Shown: in pieces, positions 63,528-64,000 of the stretch
Layout of the letters: each line of letters begins with the position of its first letter
Position numbering within the stretch: position 1 is the first letter of the stretch
From: Patescibacteria group bacterium
GTDB taxonomy: Bacteria; Patescibacteriota; Patescibacteriia; Patescibacteriales; UBA12465
Direction of reading: 5' to 3'
Assembly (NCBI GenBank): GCA_041650715.1
Contig: JBAZKQ010000001.1
Span: 326,945-390,944, forward strand
Length of the DNA: 64,000 nucleotides
The notes under the pieces: model-generated
The model's database searches: none
Told to the model about the DNA's origin: nothing
What the model saw: only the letters and a program-made list of their open reading frames with translations
Position numbers and translations under genes: made by a program

Positions 63528-64000
63528 TTATTTTTTTGCTTCTTCTTTCTTGGCATCCTTGGCTTCAGCTTCAGCCGGCGCGGCTTCAACCGGTTTTTCT
63601 TCTTCAACCTGAACCTTCGGTTCGACAACGACTACAACAACATCGGACGGATGATTGTGAGTTAGTCTGAAAGTTTCCGGTAAAACCAGGTCACCAATTT
63701 TTATAACATCATCATACGTAGCAAGGACCGAAATATCGATATCGATATGATCAACTAAATCGCTCGGCAAACATTCAACTTCAAGCTCGTTGATTTCCTT
63801 CATTAACATGCCACCCAATTCTTTAATCGCCTTCGATTCGCCAATAAAATGAAGCGGGATTTCAGTTGTGATTTTTTCTTTCATATTAACCTGATAGAAA
63901 TCAACATGAGTATAGGTATTCTTTAAGGGATCGCGTTGCAGATCTTTAACCAAAACTTTGACTGCGCCCGCGCCAAAATCAAGACTGATTAAGTTAGATT
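63528..64000 (-). CDS. 50S ribosomal protein bL25/Ctc, 5' end beyond window
   Basis: DPLKNTYTHVDFYQV...LEVECLPSDLVDHIDIDIS pattern and an acidic/Lys-rich tail. The frame is open to the window end. Confidence 0.85.
   Translation of the reverse strand, partial: SNLISLDFGAGAVKVLVKDLQRDPLKNTYTHVDFYQVNMKEKITTEIPLHFIGESKAIKELGGMLMKEINELEVECLPSDLVDHIDIDISVLATYDDVIKIGDLVLPETFRLTHNHPSDVVVVVVEPKVQVEEEKPVEAAPAEAEAKDAKKEEAKK

Noticed and set aside
1-64000. Alternative genetic code (UGA recoding, as in some CPR lineages)
   Set aside because: Conserved proteins such as UvrA, UvrB, LysS, RF1 and the helicase are full length under the standard code. RF1 is present with normal motifs, and nothing requires reading through stops.

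Overview
AT-rich, very gene-dense window, with about 80% of genes on the minus strand and short or overlapping junctions. The standard genetic code fits, because the long ORFs are intact and need no recoding. The gene content fits a streamlined Candidate Phyla Radiation / Patescibacteria-type bacterium, which is an inference from content only. That content includes compact housekeeping proteins, a CxxC-x17-CxxC RGG protein, C39-like and CAP-domain surface proteins, a sortase with an LAxTG substrate, and many secreted hypotheticals. Housekeeping genes I recognise are rplJ-rplL with a leader attenuator, uvrC, ogt, uvrA, uvrB, purA-like, prs-like, a DEAD-box helicase, cspA, lysS, greA, rpmE, prfA, prmC, a partial L25/Ctc gene and one tRNA-Gln(CUG). 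Accessory blocks are as follows. (1) A cell-surface neighbourhood at 24.6-35.3 kb holds a CAP protein, a sortase, a 985-aa vWA/Cys-repeat LAETG protein, a convergent two-component system and three secreted proteins. (2) A redox/stress block at 40-51 kb holds DsbB, a Trx-TrxR fusion, ArsR, an ECF sigma factor, MsrB, a cupin and cytochrome b5-like proteins. (3) A glycan locus at 55.7-60.9 kb holds an O-antigen-ligase-like protein, DUF192, GT2, GT4 and a flippase. The most unusual signals come next. (a) An orphan ~280-nt structured RNA gene at 4.7-5.0 kb has a consensus promoter and matched none of the RNase P, SRP or tmRNA signatures I could check by eye. (b) Downstream of tRNA-Gln (49.1-53.2 kb) lies an array of five tRNA-3'-end-like repeats. 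They split the region into small cassette-like modules, and no integrase is present. (c) The nucleotide excision repair set is coordinately trimmed: UvrA lacks the insertion domain, and UvrB and UvrC both lack their mutual UVR interaction domains. No CRISPR array, rRNA, transposase or integrase was seen.
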